A stretch of DNA of 54,914 nt from Patescibacteria group bacterium (GTDB lineage: Bacteria; Patescibacteriota; Saccharimonadia; Saccharimonadales; JAUPVS01), in NCBI GenBank assembly GCA_030916945.1, contig JAUPVS010000004.1:1-54914 (forward strand), read 5' to 3'. The position numbers and the translations under genes are program-made. The notes under the pieces are model-generated. The model was not told the DNA's origin and ran no database searches. It saw only the letters and a program-made list of their open reading frames with translations. Of the stretch, positions 15,563 to 25,138 are shown piece after piece (the first letter of the stretch is position 1; each line of letters starts with the position of its first letter).

Positions 15563-16474
15563 TTCTTCTACTGTGCTTGCGGCCATAAATCGTTCACGTA
15601 GCTCTTTGGCACCATCAAAGCCATTAATATAAACTTTACAGAATTTGTTAAGAGTATGAACTTTTCTTTCATTATTTTGCCAGGTTTGGGCAAATAGCTC
15701 GATGTGTCGCTGGAACAACTCCATCTTTTGCTGATTAGTCATATCTGGCCACGGACTTTGCTGAGCAAACACATAGGGGTCTTCAAAAATACCGCGGCCA
15801 ATCATAATGCCGTCCAGCTTATACTCCTCTGCCTTTTCCATTGCCTCCTGGCGCGTTAACACATCGCCGTTACCAACTAACAGGGTGGTGGGGGAGAGCT
15901 GGTCACGTAGCTCACGGATTTGGTTAATAACATCCCAATGAACCGGCACCTTAGACATCTCTTTAGTGGTCCGACCATGTATAGTTAACATGTTAAGTTT
16001 TAAGCTTAATAAGAATTCTGGCCACGACAAATCTATTTCACTAAAGCCAATTCGGGTTTTTACCGAAACGGGGAAGTCTTCCCCGGCGGCTTTTTGAACT
16101 GCCCGGATTATCTCCCCTGCCGCTTCCCTGTTATTAATCAGGGCACTACAACAGCCGTTTTTAACTACAGTCTTATCTGGACAACCCATGTTGATGTCCA
16201 CCCCGGCAAAGCCCATTTCCTTAAGCTCTAGGGTGGTTTTGTAGTAATTCTCGGGGTGTTTGCCCCATAACTGAGCGATGATTGGCGTTTCTTGGGCGGT
16301 AAACTGCAGTTTGGGCAGTAGCTTTTCCCTACCCGGACTTTGCAAGCCATCGACGTTAACAAACTCGGTAAAGTAGAGATCGGGTGGCGCCGTACTAGCC
16401 ACCACCTGACGAAATACACTATCGGTGACATCGTCCATCGGCGCTAAAACTAGGAATGGCTGTGGTAACTGCAT
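15506..16474 (-). CDS. tRNA-dihydrouridine synthase (Dus family)
   Basis: LAPMDDVTDSVFRQ, DINMGCP and IHGRT motifs of the Dus TIM barrel. Its 3' end overlaps the convergent HxlR gene by 57 nt. Confidence 0.85.
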   Translation of the reverse strand: MQLPQPFLVLAPMDDVTDSVFRQVVASTAPPDLYFTEFVNVDGLQSPGREKLLPKLQFTAQETPIIAQLWGKHPENYYKTTLELKEMGFAGVDINMGCPDKTVVKNGCCSALINNREAAGEIIRAVQKAAGEDFPVSVKTRIGFSEIDLSWPEFLLSLKLNMLTIHGRTTKEMSKVPVHWDVINQIRELRDQLSPTTLLVGNGDVLTRQEAMEKAEEYKLDGIMIGRGIFEDPYVFAQQSPWPDMTNQQKMELFQRHIELFAQTWQNNERKVHTLNKFCKVYINGFDGAKELRERFMAASTVEELRDTLLAVMAVAPLGHLD

Positions 16475-16483
16475 CGCTCTAGT

Positions 16484-17281
16484 TTATTGGTACTTGCGTA
16501 GTTCTTGCAACACATTACTTTGCGATGTCCGCAGCAGGCTGTCGCGACGCTGGGCATATTCCATGGCGTCTTCGGTGTATCTAAGCCAGTTCTGTGTCCG
16601 ACGCCGACCATCACCATGCATCCCGAGCAGAACGACCGTTAAAGCTTTTTTGGCCAGAGTGTGCTCGTCAACCGACCAGCCCAACCGATTACCGGCGACA
16701 CCGATCATACTGCCAATAGTGTCTTTGGTCTGCACCACTTTGGGGTATAGTTTGTCGGCCCGGTAATGAGCCCGTCCACCACTTCGGGCTTCTTGACGGA
16801 CAACCCGGGCACTTTCAACCTCAGCTTGTATGGCCGCCCGCCTATCATCTAGCTTTGTGACCCGGCCTTCAAGCGCTTCCTTGGCAGCACGTTTCTTAGC
16901 GGCTTCGACAAGATGCGGGCGATTCTGATGCGTACTTTCGGCACGCGCCTTAACTCGCTTAGCCAGCATTACCGGGCTACTAACAATCGCCTTGTAGTCG
17001 TCGGCCGGAAACACCAGACCGTGCCAGGCGTTATCGACGTCGTCATCATGCGCGTTGCCGGTGTAAAGTGCCATGCGAATATTGACCGGGTTAATAATTG
17101 CTAAATCGTCGATAGCTAAGGCACCCATAGCACGTCGACTGGTGTCACTATCGCTAATCACATTCAGAAGATGACTAAAGCTAATTGGGCGTTCCCAATC
17201 AATGCCCAACTCATGCGCCGGAAAACCGCTTTCGAACGGAAGCGGTCCCTGCCCCACCCCGGGGTGTGTTGCATGTGCCAT
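16484..17281 (-). CDS. Hypothetical protein
   Basis: 265-aa ORF packed tightly between Dus and the 122-aa ORF. No recognisable motif. Confidence 0.65.
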   Translation of the reverse strand: MAHATHPGVGQGPLPFESGFPAHELGIDWERPISFSHLLNVISDSDTSRRAMGALAIDDLAIINPVNIRMALYTGNAHDDDVDNAWHGLVFPADDYKAIVSSPVMLAKRVKARAESTHQNRPHLVEAAKKRAAKEALEGRVTKLDDRRAAIQAEVESARVVRQEARSGGRAHYRADKLYPKVVQTKDTIGSMIGVAGNRLGWSVDEHTLAKKALTVVLLGMHGDGRRRTQNWLRYTEDAMEYAQRRDSLLRTSQSNVLQELRKYQ

Positions 17282-17286
17282 AGCTT

Positions 17287-17655
17287 CTAACCAAGCAACC
17301 TTCGGGCCGCTGCAGCGCCAGCCTTACCAATGTCAATCTCTTCCTTAGTAGGCCGCATATAGGTATCATGCCCAATTGGCTTGGGTGGTCCTTTTACCAT
17401 ATCCTCAGGGCCAAGTTGCTCAGTTGGTTTTACAGGTTTGGGTTCTGCCGTATCAACACGGGCGACTGGAGCTTGCTCAGCAGCCAAATCTTCGCCGCGG
17501 CTAGCGACTATCCCAGCGGCTCGGGCAGCTTGCTCACGATATGGGTCATTAAACTCTGGCCGTTCAGCAGGCGGCGTTGCACTTGCAGCCATTTCAGTGG
17601 GCACTTCGGATGGGGCTGGAGGAGTGGGATCAAACAAAGACGGCTGATCGTTCAT
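17287..17655 (-). CDS. Hypothetical Pro/Ala-rich protein
   Basis: 122-aa low-complexity ORF, 5 nt upstream of the next gene. Confidence 0.55.
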   Translation of the reverse strand: MNDQPSLFDPTPPAPSEVPTEMAASATPPAERPEFNDPYREQAARAAGIVASRGEDLAAEQAPVARVDTAEPKPVKPTEQLGPEDMVKGPPKPIGHDTYMRPTKEEIDIGKAGAAAARRLLG

Positions 17656-17703
17656 GCGCCAAATATACCATGGGTGTGTAAATTTTACAATTTTACGGTG
17701 CGG

Positions 17704-18816
17704 CTATTCCCAGCGGAAAATACGGAAGGCTATAAAGTAGATTACTAAAGTCCAGGCCGCCATTAGGCCCAACTGAGGGCCTAACTCAAGCAAGGTCTTG
17801 CCTTCTGTGGCGATTAAACGAATTCCTTCGATGACTGGGGTTAACGGCAAAAATGACGAAACTGTTTGCAGCCATTCCGGCATTAAGAAGCGCGGGAAAA
17901 AGGTGCCCGACAAAAATAACATTGGGAAGACCACGATGTTAGATAGCGGCGCGGCTTGCTGTTCGTTCTTAGCCCAGCCACCCAAGGCTAGGCCAATCCC
18001 TAAAATCATGGCGATACTAAACACCAAAAAGAACGCCAACGCCAAGTAGTTACCGACCACGTTAAGGTCGAACACCACAATCGCCACAATGAACATTAGA
18101 GCCATGGTCATCATGCCCACCACGCTTTGCGAAACAACGTTAGCTAAAAAGTACTGCCAAACCCGCAGCGGCGTGGTGTGTAGGCGTCGTAACACACCTT
18201 GCTTTTTAAGCTCCGGGAAGACGTTAACCGGCCCAAATATTCCAATTCCAATGATCGAAAAACCTAGTAAGCCGGCGAAGACGTAGTCGAATTGGCTAAG
18301 CGCCTGCTCGTTGATTTGCTCGGCCTTAACTGTAAATGGTACCGGTGCCTTGACGAACTGACTGTTCAAACCCTGGAACTGAGCCTGCAAAATTGATGTT
18401 AGCGCCTGACTAGCCTGCAAGTTGTTCTGGGTGTAATACACCACTGCTTGGCCACTCGGCAACTCACCTTGCTGTTGGCCAAAAGTTGGTGGCAAAATTA
18501 TGGTGGCATCGAGCTGCCCGCGAGTCATCTTTTCTTTAGCGCCATCCAATGTAGTCACATCGTCACTTACTTTGTAAATCTGAGCCTTACCTATTTGCTC
18601 GGTGAGCTGCTTGGCATACTGCGAGTCAGACTGGTTGATAACAGCCACCTTAAACGAGGTATCCCCGCCCTTGCCAAAGATTCCGCCGAACACGAACAAA
18701 AAGATTAGCGGAAAGGCGAATATAAAGAACAATGAGGTTTTGTCACGGAAGGCGCGCCGAATGGCGACTTTGGCGAACACCTTAACTGGTAATAATGACT
18801 TTTTCAGATTACTCAT
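17704..18816 (-). CDS. ABC-2 type transporter permease
   Basis: N-terminal TM, large extracytoplasmic loop, then a C-terminal cluster of 5 TM, typical of ABC-2 exporters. It begins 2 nt after the ATPase gene. Confidence 0.8.
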   Translation of the reverse strand: MSNLKKSLLPVKVFAKVAIRRAFRDKTSLFFIFAFPLIFLFVFGGIFGKGGDTSFKVAVINQSDSQYAKQLTEQIGKAQIYKVSDDVTTLDGAKEKMTRGQLDATIILPPTFGQQQGELPSGQAVVYYTQNNLQASQALTSILQAQFQGLNSQFVKAPVPFTVKAEQINEQALSQFDYVFAGLLGFSIIGIGIFGPVNVFPELKKQGVLRRLHTTPLRVWQYFLANVVSQSVVGMMTMALMFIVAIVVFDLNVVGNYLALAFFLVFSIAMILGIGLALGGWAKNEQQAAPLSNIVVFPMLFLSGTFFPRFLMPEWLQTVSSFLPLTPVIEGIRLIATEGKTLLELGPQLGLMAAWTLVIYFIAFRIFRWE

Positions 18817-18818
18817 GG

Positions 18819-19577
18819 CTAATCCTTCAAGTCCTTCCCGGTTAGATCGATAAAGACATCTTCCAGATCGGCTTGTTCAACATGCTTAGCTTTCTTAAAG
18901 CCCCGTTTAAGCAGTTGTTGAATTAGGTTCTTGGGCGTGTCGAGAGCAATAATTTTACCGTTGTCCATAATGGCGACGCGGTCGCAGAGAATTTCGGCTT
19001 CTTCCATATAGTGAGTGGTTAAAATAACCGTTACGCCACTATCTCGAGTCTTTTTGATCAACTCCCACAAATGACGACGAGCTTGCGGGTCCAAACCAGT
19101 GGTAGGTTCGTCCATAAAAAACACTTTAGGCTTATGTACCAACGACGCTACGATGCTAAAGCGCTGCCGTTGGCCACCAGACAGGTTTTCGACATAACTA
19201 TTGGCCTTATCTTTAAGCCCAACTTCTTCTAGCAGCTTCATGGCATGAACGGTTTGACCATACGCTGCCGCCATCTGCTCCAATTGTTCGGTTAGCTTAA
19301 CCTTGTCCATAAAGGCCGGGCTCTGCGGCTGAACGCCAATGATGTATTTAACCTTCTGCGGTTCTTGACTAACATCAATACCATCGACAATCGCCGAGCC
19401 TTCATCGATTTCGCGCAGCGTCTCGATCATTTCTAGGGTTGTGGTCTTGCCGGCACCGTTGGGACCTAAGATACCAAAAATCTCGCCTTCTTTAACTTCA
19501 AAACTAATGCCCTTGACGACCTTTTTATTGTCATAGGCCTTGGTTAGGTTGGTGACTTTGAGCATTTCTTTCTTCAT
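18819..19577 (-). CDS. ABC transporter ATP-binding protein
   Basis: Walker A GPNGAGKTTT, signature LSGGQRQR, Walker B VFFMDEPTTGLD. Confidence 0.9.
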   Translation of the reverse strand: MKKEMLKVTNLTKAYDNKKVVKGISFEVKEGEIFGILGPNGAGKTTTLEMIETLREIDEGSAIVDGIDVSQEPQKVKYIIGVQPQSPAFMDKVKLTEQLEQMAAAYGQTVHAMKLLEEVGLKDKANSYVENLSGGQRQRFSIVASLVHKPKVFFMDEPTTGLDPQARRHLWELIKKTRDSGVTVILTTHYMEEAEILCDRVAIMDNGKIIALDTPKNLIQQLLKRGFKKAKHVEQADLEDVFIDLTGKDLKD

Positions 19578-19659
19578 CTCCTCTACTATATCAGACCAAA
19601 CATAACAAACACCCGGGTGTTTAGCCCCGGGTGTTCTGGAGTTTTGTTAAGACCTTAGA

Positions 19660-19854
19660 CTAGCCTTTTTTGATGGTCAAGAAACCGTTGCGTGGGTTTT
19701 CGTTGACGCTGTAGCCGTCAGGAAGATCTGAGGCTTCTGGGCGCTCGTCCTTGCTGAAGTAATAGATTCGCTGAACTTTGCCGCCGCGCAATGTAACGTC
19801 CTTGCTGTTTAGGTAGTAAGTGACGCCTTTGCTGTTAGTGTGCTTGTATGCCAT
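19660..19854 (-). CDS. Small conserved-looking hypothetical protein with an internal duplication
   Basis: 64-aa ORF with GAGGGAGAG upstream and an internal repeat (VTYYLNSKDV / RIYYFSKDE). A palindromic hairpin AAACACCCGGGTGTTT lies downstream. Confidence 0.65.
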   Translation of the reverse strand: MAYKHTNSKGVTYYLNSKDVTLRGGKVQRIYYFSKDERPEASDLPDGYSVNENPRNGFLTIKKG

Positions 19855-20059
19855 GGTAACAACTCTCCCTCTCTTATGAGTTAGTAATGTATCCCTAACA
19901 TAACTAGGGTCGTTCTTCTTGTCAACAGTTTTTCAGTAATCCACAACGGTGGACCTCTGTTAAATTAGATTTTTTCGACTACCCCGTTGCATAACAATCT
20001 GCTTATGTATTACACTACCTCTAGTCAATAAGTTTTAAAATCAAAGGTGGCTTTCTATT

Positions 20060-20182
20060 ATGGATTTTGCACAGCGCAGCAGCACTTCTTCGGCCGGAGC
20101 ACCCGCCCCAAACCGTAGTTCTGCCCCTCAACACACAAAGAAAGATAAGAGTAAGATGTCGGCGGTCCTTCGTTGGGGATAA
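20060..20182 (+). CDS. 40-aa ORF ending at an in-frame TAA; probably the severed 5' part of the 20201-20632 gene
   Basis: ATG at 20060 with AAGGTGG 9 nt upstream. MDFAQRSSTSSAGAPAPNRSSAPQHTKKDKSKMSAVLRWG, then TAA at 20180-20182. The same frame continues as LFLLFSVVILVVALIASIAF... Confidence 0.45.
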   Translation: MDFAQRSSTSSAGAPAPNRSSAPQHTKKDKSKMSAVLRWG

Positions 20183-20200
20183 CTATTTCTACTATTTTCG

Positions 20201-20632
20201 GTGGTGATTTTGGTAGTCGCCCTAATTGCTTCAATCGCTTTTACAAAATCTCGTGACCAAGCCAAATACGTCAACGAAGACCAGTATCAAGCTGTATTTT
20301 TGACGGGTGGCCAAGTCTACTTTGGAAAAATATCGGCCCTTAATAACCAGTACTTAACCCTTAATAACATTTACTATCTACGTGTTAATCAGACGGTTCA
20401 GCCCAATGCGGCCACTACCAATCCAGACGACGTTTCGCTAGTAAAACTCGGTTGTGAACTTCATGGACCACAAGATCAAATGTTAATTAACTCCGATCAA
20501 GTTATCTTTTGGGAGAACCTAAAGACTGATGGCCAAGTTGCCAAAGCCGTTGCCGAATACCAGAAGCAAAACCCTAACGGTCAGAAGTGTGAAGCGGCAG
20601 CTAGCACAACCGATACCACAAAAAAGCCGTAA
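20201..20632 (+). CDS. Hypothetical secreted or membrane-anchored protein (3' part of a possibly interrupted gene)
   Basis: 143-aa ORF with a GTG start and no SD. The hydrophobic segment begins upstream of the GTG in the same frame. Confidence 0.6.
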   Translation: MVILVVALIASIAFTKSRDQAKYVNEDQYQAVFLTGGQVYFGKISALNNQYLTLNNIYYLRVNQTVQPNAATTNPDDVSLVKLGCELHGPQDQMLINSDQVIFWENLKTDGQVAKAVAEYQKQNPNGQKCEAAASTTDTTKKP

Positions 20633-20637
20633 CACCC

Positions 20638-21252
20638 TTACAAATCAAGTTCGGCTCGTAACCAACGATCCGATATCCAGCTGATTACAAATAAGGCGGC
20701 GAATATGCCGGTAGCTAGCAGGCTAAAGCCGGCCACGTCGGGCGACCAATCAGGTGATACAAAGTCGAACTGATACAAAGATGCCGGCGGCAAGAATGGT
20801 GCGGCCTGGACGCCACGGCTGGCGACATACTCTTGAATACAAGGAATACGGCCGCTACCCGATAAACCTTGGGGGAAGCGTCGTTCACAGTCAGCTTGGG
20901 CATCGGTATAGATCTGGGCGTTGGCATCGGTACCAGTTGCTTTGGCGGCTTCGAGCGCCCGCTCGTAACTAAACTTAAGTTGGAGTGGTGGATAAATAGC
21001 ATTGTCGCCACTGGCCAGATTGGTATTCATATGGGCATAGACGTAGGTGCGCAGATTGCGTAAAGCTGTCTCGACATCGCCGTTTTGTTCGTCTGCTTGA
21101 TAGACCTTCTCGCGCAAGCGAACCATAGTTAAGTTGTTTTGGCGCAGGCTATACACGCTAATTAACGCAAACATCACCGCGATTACTAAAAAGTACCACG
21201 GTTTAATGACTCGTAGCTGACGCCAGACATGGTGAAGGTGTTTCTTGTTCAT
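20638..21252 (-). CDS. Hypothetical membrane protein (N- and C-terminal TM)
   Basis: The ATG at 21252 (MNKKHLHHVWRQLRVIKPWYFLVIAVMF...) is preferred. The longer version of this ORF would overlap the divergent Mur ligase gene. Confidence 0.65.
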   Translation of the reverse strand: MNKKHLHHVWRQLRVIKPWYFLVIAVMFALISVYSLRQNNLTMVRLREKVYQADEQNGDVETALRNLRTYVYAHMNTNLASGDNAIYPPLQLKFSYERALEAAKATGTDANAQIYTDAQADCERRFPQGLSGSGRIPCIQEYVASRGVQAAPFLPPASLYQFDFVSPDWSPDVAGFSLLATGIFAALFVISWISDRWLRAELDL

Positions 21253-21300
21253 AACGCTTTTGCTTCTACTGTTTATTCTAGCATTTGTTAGACTAGAGGT

Positions 21301-22590
21301 ATGCATATTTACTTTTCTGGGGTCGGTGGCACCGCCATTGGGCCGCTGGCGATGATTGCTCAGCAAGCCGGCTTTAGTGTGTCTGGCTCTGACAAGCAAG
21401 ATTCACAGTATATTCAGTACCTGCGTAAACACGGTGTTACCAACATCCACATCGGCCAGACCGAACACGCCATTGCCCAAGTCCACCAGACCACGCCAAT
21501 TGATTGGTACGTCTACTCTTCGGCCGTCGAAAAGGAAAACCCACACCACCCCGAACTAGAATTCGTACGCGATAATCACATAAAAACCAGCAAACGTGAT
21601 GAGCTGCTTAACCTGATCCTGACCGAAAAGAAGCTAAAACTAGTGGCCATTGCCGGAACACATGGCAAAACCACCACTACGGCGATGACAGTATGGCTAT
21701 TTAAGCAACTGGGTCTTCCAATCAGCTATTCGGTGGGTGCCAAGATTAGCTTTGGTGACATGGGCCACTACGACAGCCAAAGTGAATACTTTGTATATGA
21801 AGCCGACGAATTCGATCGCAACTTCTTGGCTTTTCACCCCTACCTCAGTCTGATTACCGGTGTGACCTGGGATCATCATGAAATCTTTCCGTCGCGCGAC
21901 GACTACCAACAAGCCTTTCGAGACTTTTTACACCAGACGGAGTGGAAAATCGTCTGGCAAGAAGATATGGGCTACCTTGGTCTAGAAGCCAATAAACACA
22001 TCAGCGTCGAAGATCCGGACAATCCGACAGTAAACAAGATCGCTTTAGCCGGTAGGTATAATCGACTCGATGCCTGGCTGGCAATCCGCGCCGTCCATGA
22101 ACTAACCAAAACACCTGTCGCCAAATTAATTGAGCTTATGAATCTCTTCCCTGGTAGTCAACGACGGATGGAACCAATTGTCCCCGGACTTTATAGCGAC
22201 TACGCCCACACGCCCGAAAAAATCCGTGGCGCCATGAGTGTGGCTCTAGAAATGGCTCAAGGCAAAAAAGTAGTCGTCGTCTACGAACCACTAACCAACC
22301 GCCGCCAGCACTACATGGCAGACGACTATACAGACTGTTTTAAAGGCGCTAGCCACGTTTACTGGATACCAAGCTATTTGGCGCGCGAAGACCCGTCACA
22401 GCGCGTCATTTCGCCAGCAGAGCTAATTACACACCTTGATGACCCAACGATTGCAACGCCAATGGAAAGAAACGACAAATTGCGCCAGTTGATTCAAAAA
22501 CACCTCAAGGCTGGTGACATGGTGGTTGGTATGGCAGGTGGTGGCGGTGACAGTCTAGACGAATGGCTACGCGAACGTTTTAAGCCTTAG
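21301..22590 (+). CDS. murC: Mur ligase family enzyme (MurC/Mpl-like UDP-N-acetylmuramate-L-alanine or tripeptide ligase)
   Basis: N-terminal Rossmann segment MHIYFSGVGGTAIGPLAMIAQQAGFSVSGSD, P-loop AIAGTHGKTTTTAM, and EADEFDRNF. I cannot separate MurC from Mpl by eye. Confidence 0.8.
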   Translation: MHIYFSGVGGTAIGPLAMIAQQAGFSVSGSDKQDSQYIQYLRKHGVTNIHIGQTEHAIAQVHQTTPIDWYVYSSAVEKENPHHPELEFVRDNHIKTSKRDELLNLILTEKKLKLVAIAGTHGKTTTTAMTVWLFKQLGLPISYSVGAKISFGDMGHYDSQSEYFVYEADEFDRNFLAFHPYLSLITGVTWDHHEIFPSRDDYQQAFRDFLHQTEWKIVWQEDMGYLGLEANKHISVEDPDNPTVNKIALAGRYNRLDAWLAIRAVHELTKTPVAKLIELMNLFPGSQRRMEPIVPGLYSDYAHTPEKIRGAMSVALEMAQGKKVVVVYEPLTNRRQHYMADDYTDCFKGASHVYWIPSYLAREDPSQRVISPAELITHLDDPTIATPMERNDKLRQLIQKHLKAGDMVVGMAGGGGDSLDEWLRERFKP

Positions 22591-22928
22591 CGGTTATCGC
22601 CCCGACCCTTTTGGACACCGCGCTTCTTGCGGTCGGCTAGTTTGTCGATATTTAGCTGCATGACTTCGTCAAAACTTAAGCCCAAACTATGCGCCATAAC
22701 GGCTACGTACCAGACGACATCGCCCAGCTCTTTTTTAAGTTCTTTAGTGTCGTCGTCGGTTACGACACCGTCTTTATAGGCAACAATCTTCTTCCACTTT
22801 TCTAATATTTCACCGGATTCGCCAGATATACCCATCGCCCAAATCGTTTTATCCATTAGTGGGTCGGGGTTAGTAATAGCGGTCGTTAGGGCAAGTTTTT
22901 GATATTCGTCAAAGGTCATGGGCGCCAT
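22587..22928 (-). CDS. MazG-like nucleoside triphosphate pyrophosphohydrolase
   Basis: GESGEILEKWKK and ELGDVVWYVAVMAHSLGLSFDEVMQLNIDKLADR (EExxE/D MazG helices). Confidence 0.8.
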   Translation of the reverse strand: MAPMTFDEYQKLALTTAITNPDPLMDKTIWAMGISGESGEILEKWKKIVAYKDGVVTDDDTKELKKELGDVVWYVAVMAHSLGLSFDEVMQLNIDKLADRKKRGVQKGRGDNR

Positions 22929-22936
22929 TATACAAG

Positions 22937-24742
22937 CTAGTAGTCGTACAAGCCACCACCACCATTGGTGCCGGTGACATCACTCAGCTTACGTGGTTCA
23001 CCACCATTGATATTTAGAGCATAATCGGCGGTCTCTTGATCAGTTTGAACGCGGTAGATAACATACTGGTCGTTTAGCCAGTAAACCGGGTTGGTTAGGC
23101 CACTCAGTGTTTTAAGTATGGTGTCTTTTTTATCGCTCGTGCTGTAGTTCAGTAAAACTCCTTTGCCATCGCGTTTCTCGACCCACAGGCTTTGCTTACG
23201 ATTGCTATTGTCATTGTAAATTCGGTTTTGTTGACTCGATGGCGGCCCGCCCAGCTTGGTGGTCGTAACGTCGCCCAGTTTGTAGCTATACCAGTCAGCG
23301 CCAACCACTAAGGACAGCTGGTCATACTGACTACGGATGATGCTCCAGGTAGGTTTGTTTTGTAAGTTGGCCTTGGACGAACCATCGGCGTTAATCTTAT
23401 AAAAACCGGCGTTAGTGGCATCGGATGGAGCATAGTAAATCACGCCCCCTGCAGATATGGCGCCATTGAAATAATTACTACTGGCTAGTTCTTTTTGAGT
23501 TTTACTGGCGGTGTCATAGCTAACTAATCGTTGCCGATTCGGGTTGCTGGCACTGGCGCCGGCGGCAACTTGGACAAATATTAAACGGTCGCCAATCCAA
23601 TCAATAACTTGGATGCTTTCCGATTGAGCAATCTGAGTTTTTTCGCCACTGTCAGAATCAATTATGTTAAGTGTCGTTAATAAGTAGCCATCTTTGTTGC
23701 GAGAGTTTTCGCGACTCGAAGACAGGGCAACTTTATGAGCGGCCGGGTTTGGCACAACTAAAATGTCGCTTCGCTCCAAGCCACTACCAGCCAATAGTAC
23801 CTTCTCGTTTTTACCGTCTAAATCGGCCGAATACAGGTCGAATTTACCGGAGCGCTTTGATGCATAGACATGTTTGCGGTCAGGCACTAGCTTGACGGCT
23901 TGCTGATTTTTGTCATCCAAGTTGAGACTAACCTTTTCTTCGCGGTAGCCATCGGCTTTGACCACTACCTCTAGCGGGCTGTCTTGGTTGGGCTCGACGG
24001 TTAAGACCAATATACCCTGCTCGTCGGCGGCAGCTACCGCGTCGCCAGCCGTCGCTTCGGCCTTATTGATTCCCTTGTTAGACATAAAGTCAGTAACTAT
24101 AAAATCGTACTGGCTACCGGTTGGCTTGATTGCAAAGTTGCCGTAAGGGTTGCTGCCCCAGCCAACGGTAACTTTCTTAGACACCGAGGCAAAGGCCCGT
24201 CGGCTAATGGTAAGTTGAGTAGCGCCCAGTTTTACTTTGGTTAGCTTGGCGACCCCATTGCTGTCGGTGGTGGTCGTTTGGTTGGCAACCTGGACATTAA
24301 CATTCTTGAGTGGCTGCTGAGTGCTTTGATCAATTACCGTCACCGAGGCACTACTGCGGATACCAACCGTGTTGAGCACAAAGTAACGACTTGGCGGGAT
24401 AGCTAAAGCCGCGATGACTACCACCAATAATCCGGCTATGGTGCCGTAGCGGGCTTTGGGGTTGTTCCACCAAGCCTTAAGGAAATTAACGATTTTGGCT
24501 TTTAGGCCTTTGGGTTGGTCGGTTTTTTCAAAGGCCTTAGCAACTTCGGCATCTTCGGCGGCCAAGACTTGGTCGGCTTCTTTGGTGGCAATATCGTCAA
24601 CGGCTTTATCGATCTCGGAGTCGTCTTGGCTGTCGGGTATTATCGGCACATGCAGGTCGGCCGCTAATTTGTCCGGCACGGGTGGAGCCGAACTTGGCTG
24701 GTTGGCGGGCGAACTAGCCGCGGGTTCTTTTTCTTTTGTCAT
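22937..24742 (-). CDS. Membrane-anchored extracytoplasmic protein with Ig/CarboxypepD_reg-like and TolB/PD40-like beta-propeller regions
   Basis: 601-aa ORF with a TM at about residues 100-120. VTVIDQSTQQPLKNVNVQV (regulatory-domain-like) and DLYSADLDGKNEKVL (PD40-like). Confidence 0.7.
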   Translation of the reverse strand: MTKEKEPAASSPANQPSSAPPVPDKLAADLHVPIIPDSQDDSEIDKAVDDIATKEADQVLAAEDAEVAKAFEKTDQPKGLKAKIVNFLKAWWNNPKARYGTIAGLLVVVIAALAIPPSRYFVLNTVGIRSSASVTVIDQSTQQPLKNVNVQVANQTTTTDSNGVAKLTKVKLGATQLTISRRAFASVSKKVTVGWGSNPYGNFAIKPTGSQYDFIVTDFMSNKGINKAEATAGDAVAAADEQGILVLTVEPNQDSPLEVVVKADGYREEKVSLNLDDKNQQAVKLVPDRKHVYASKRSGKFDLYSADLDGKNEKVLLAGSGLERSDILVVPNPAAHKVALSSSRENSRNKDGYLLTTLNIIDSDSGEKTQIAQSESIQVIDWIGDRLIFVQVAAGASASNPNRQRLVSYDTASKTQKELASSNYFNGAISAGGVIYYAPSDATNAGFYKINADGSSKANLQNKPTWSIIRSQYDQLSLVVGADWYSYKLGDVTTTKLGGPPSSQQNRIYNDNSNRKQSLWVEKRDGKGVLLNYSTSDKKDTILKTLSGLTNPVYWLNDQYVIYRVQTDQETADYALNINGGEPRKLSDVTGTNGGGGLYDY

Positions 24743-24777
24743 AACACTACTGTCATTCTACCAGAAACTGGTAAAGC

Positions 24778-25125
24778 TTAGGCACGATGTTTTAGTAAAC
24801 CGCGCACCATATAGGCAAAGACCGCCAAGCAAACAACTGCCACCAAACCATACAGTGCTACCGAGCTTGATTGGCTGCTAGTGGCCGATGGCTGAGCTGG
24901 GATACTAGTCGTAGTAGACACAGTGCTTAGTTTAATTGTTGTGGTACTTTGATCCAGGGCAGCTAAACCAGTTGGCGACATGACAGTGGTTGGCTGCAGC
25001 TGGGCATTAGCCTGTGGCTGAAGGTCACCGACTTGGGGTAGCTGCTGCGGGTTATTAGTATCGCCGTTGGTTGTGCCAGTCGGCTGCAAGCTTGTTGGGT
25101 TCTGCGTATCTTCCACCATGTACAA
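24778..25125 (-). CDS. Hypothetical Thr/Gln/Pro-rich protein with a C-terminal TM anchor
   Basis: 115-aa low-complexity ORF with C-terminus ALYGLVAVVCLAVFAYMVRGLLKHRA. Confidence 0.5.
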   Translation of the reverse strand: MYMVEDTQNPTSLQPTGTTNGDTNNPQQLPQVGDLQPQANAQLQPTTVMSPTGLAALDQSTTTIKLSTVSTTTSIPAQPSATSSQSSSVALYGLVAVVCLAVFAYMVRGLLKHRA

Positions 25126-25138
25126 CTATTATACAGTG

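Noticed and set aside
17368-17748. Plus-strand ORFs of 126 and 88 aa
   Set aside because: They are antisense to the 122-aa minus-strand ORF in a GC-rich, low-complexity stretch, where long antisense frames arise by chance. They also break the operon orientation.
20715-21063. ORFs nested in or antisense to the 20638-21252 membrane-protein gene
   Set aside because: They are short, lack an SD, and lie entirely inside a longer ORF with coherent TM architecture.
24778-25125. Sortase (LPXTG) sorting signal in the Thr/Gln-rich 115-aa protein
   Set aside because: The C-terminal hydrophobic helix plus basic tail resembles a sorting signal, but no LPXTG-like motif precedes it (only SPTGL far upstream). 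It was therefore called a tail-anchored protein only.
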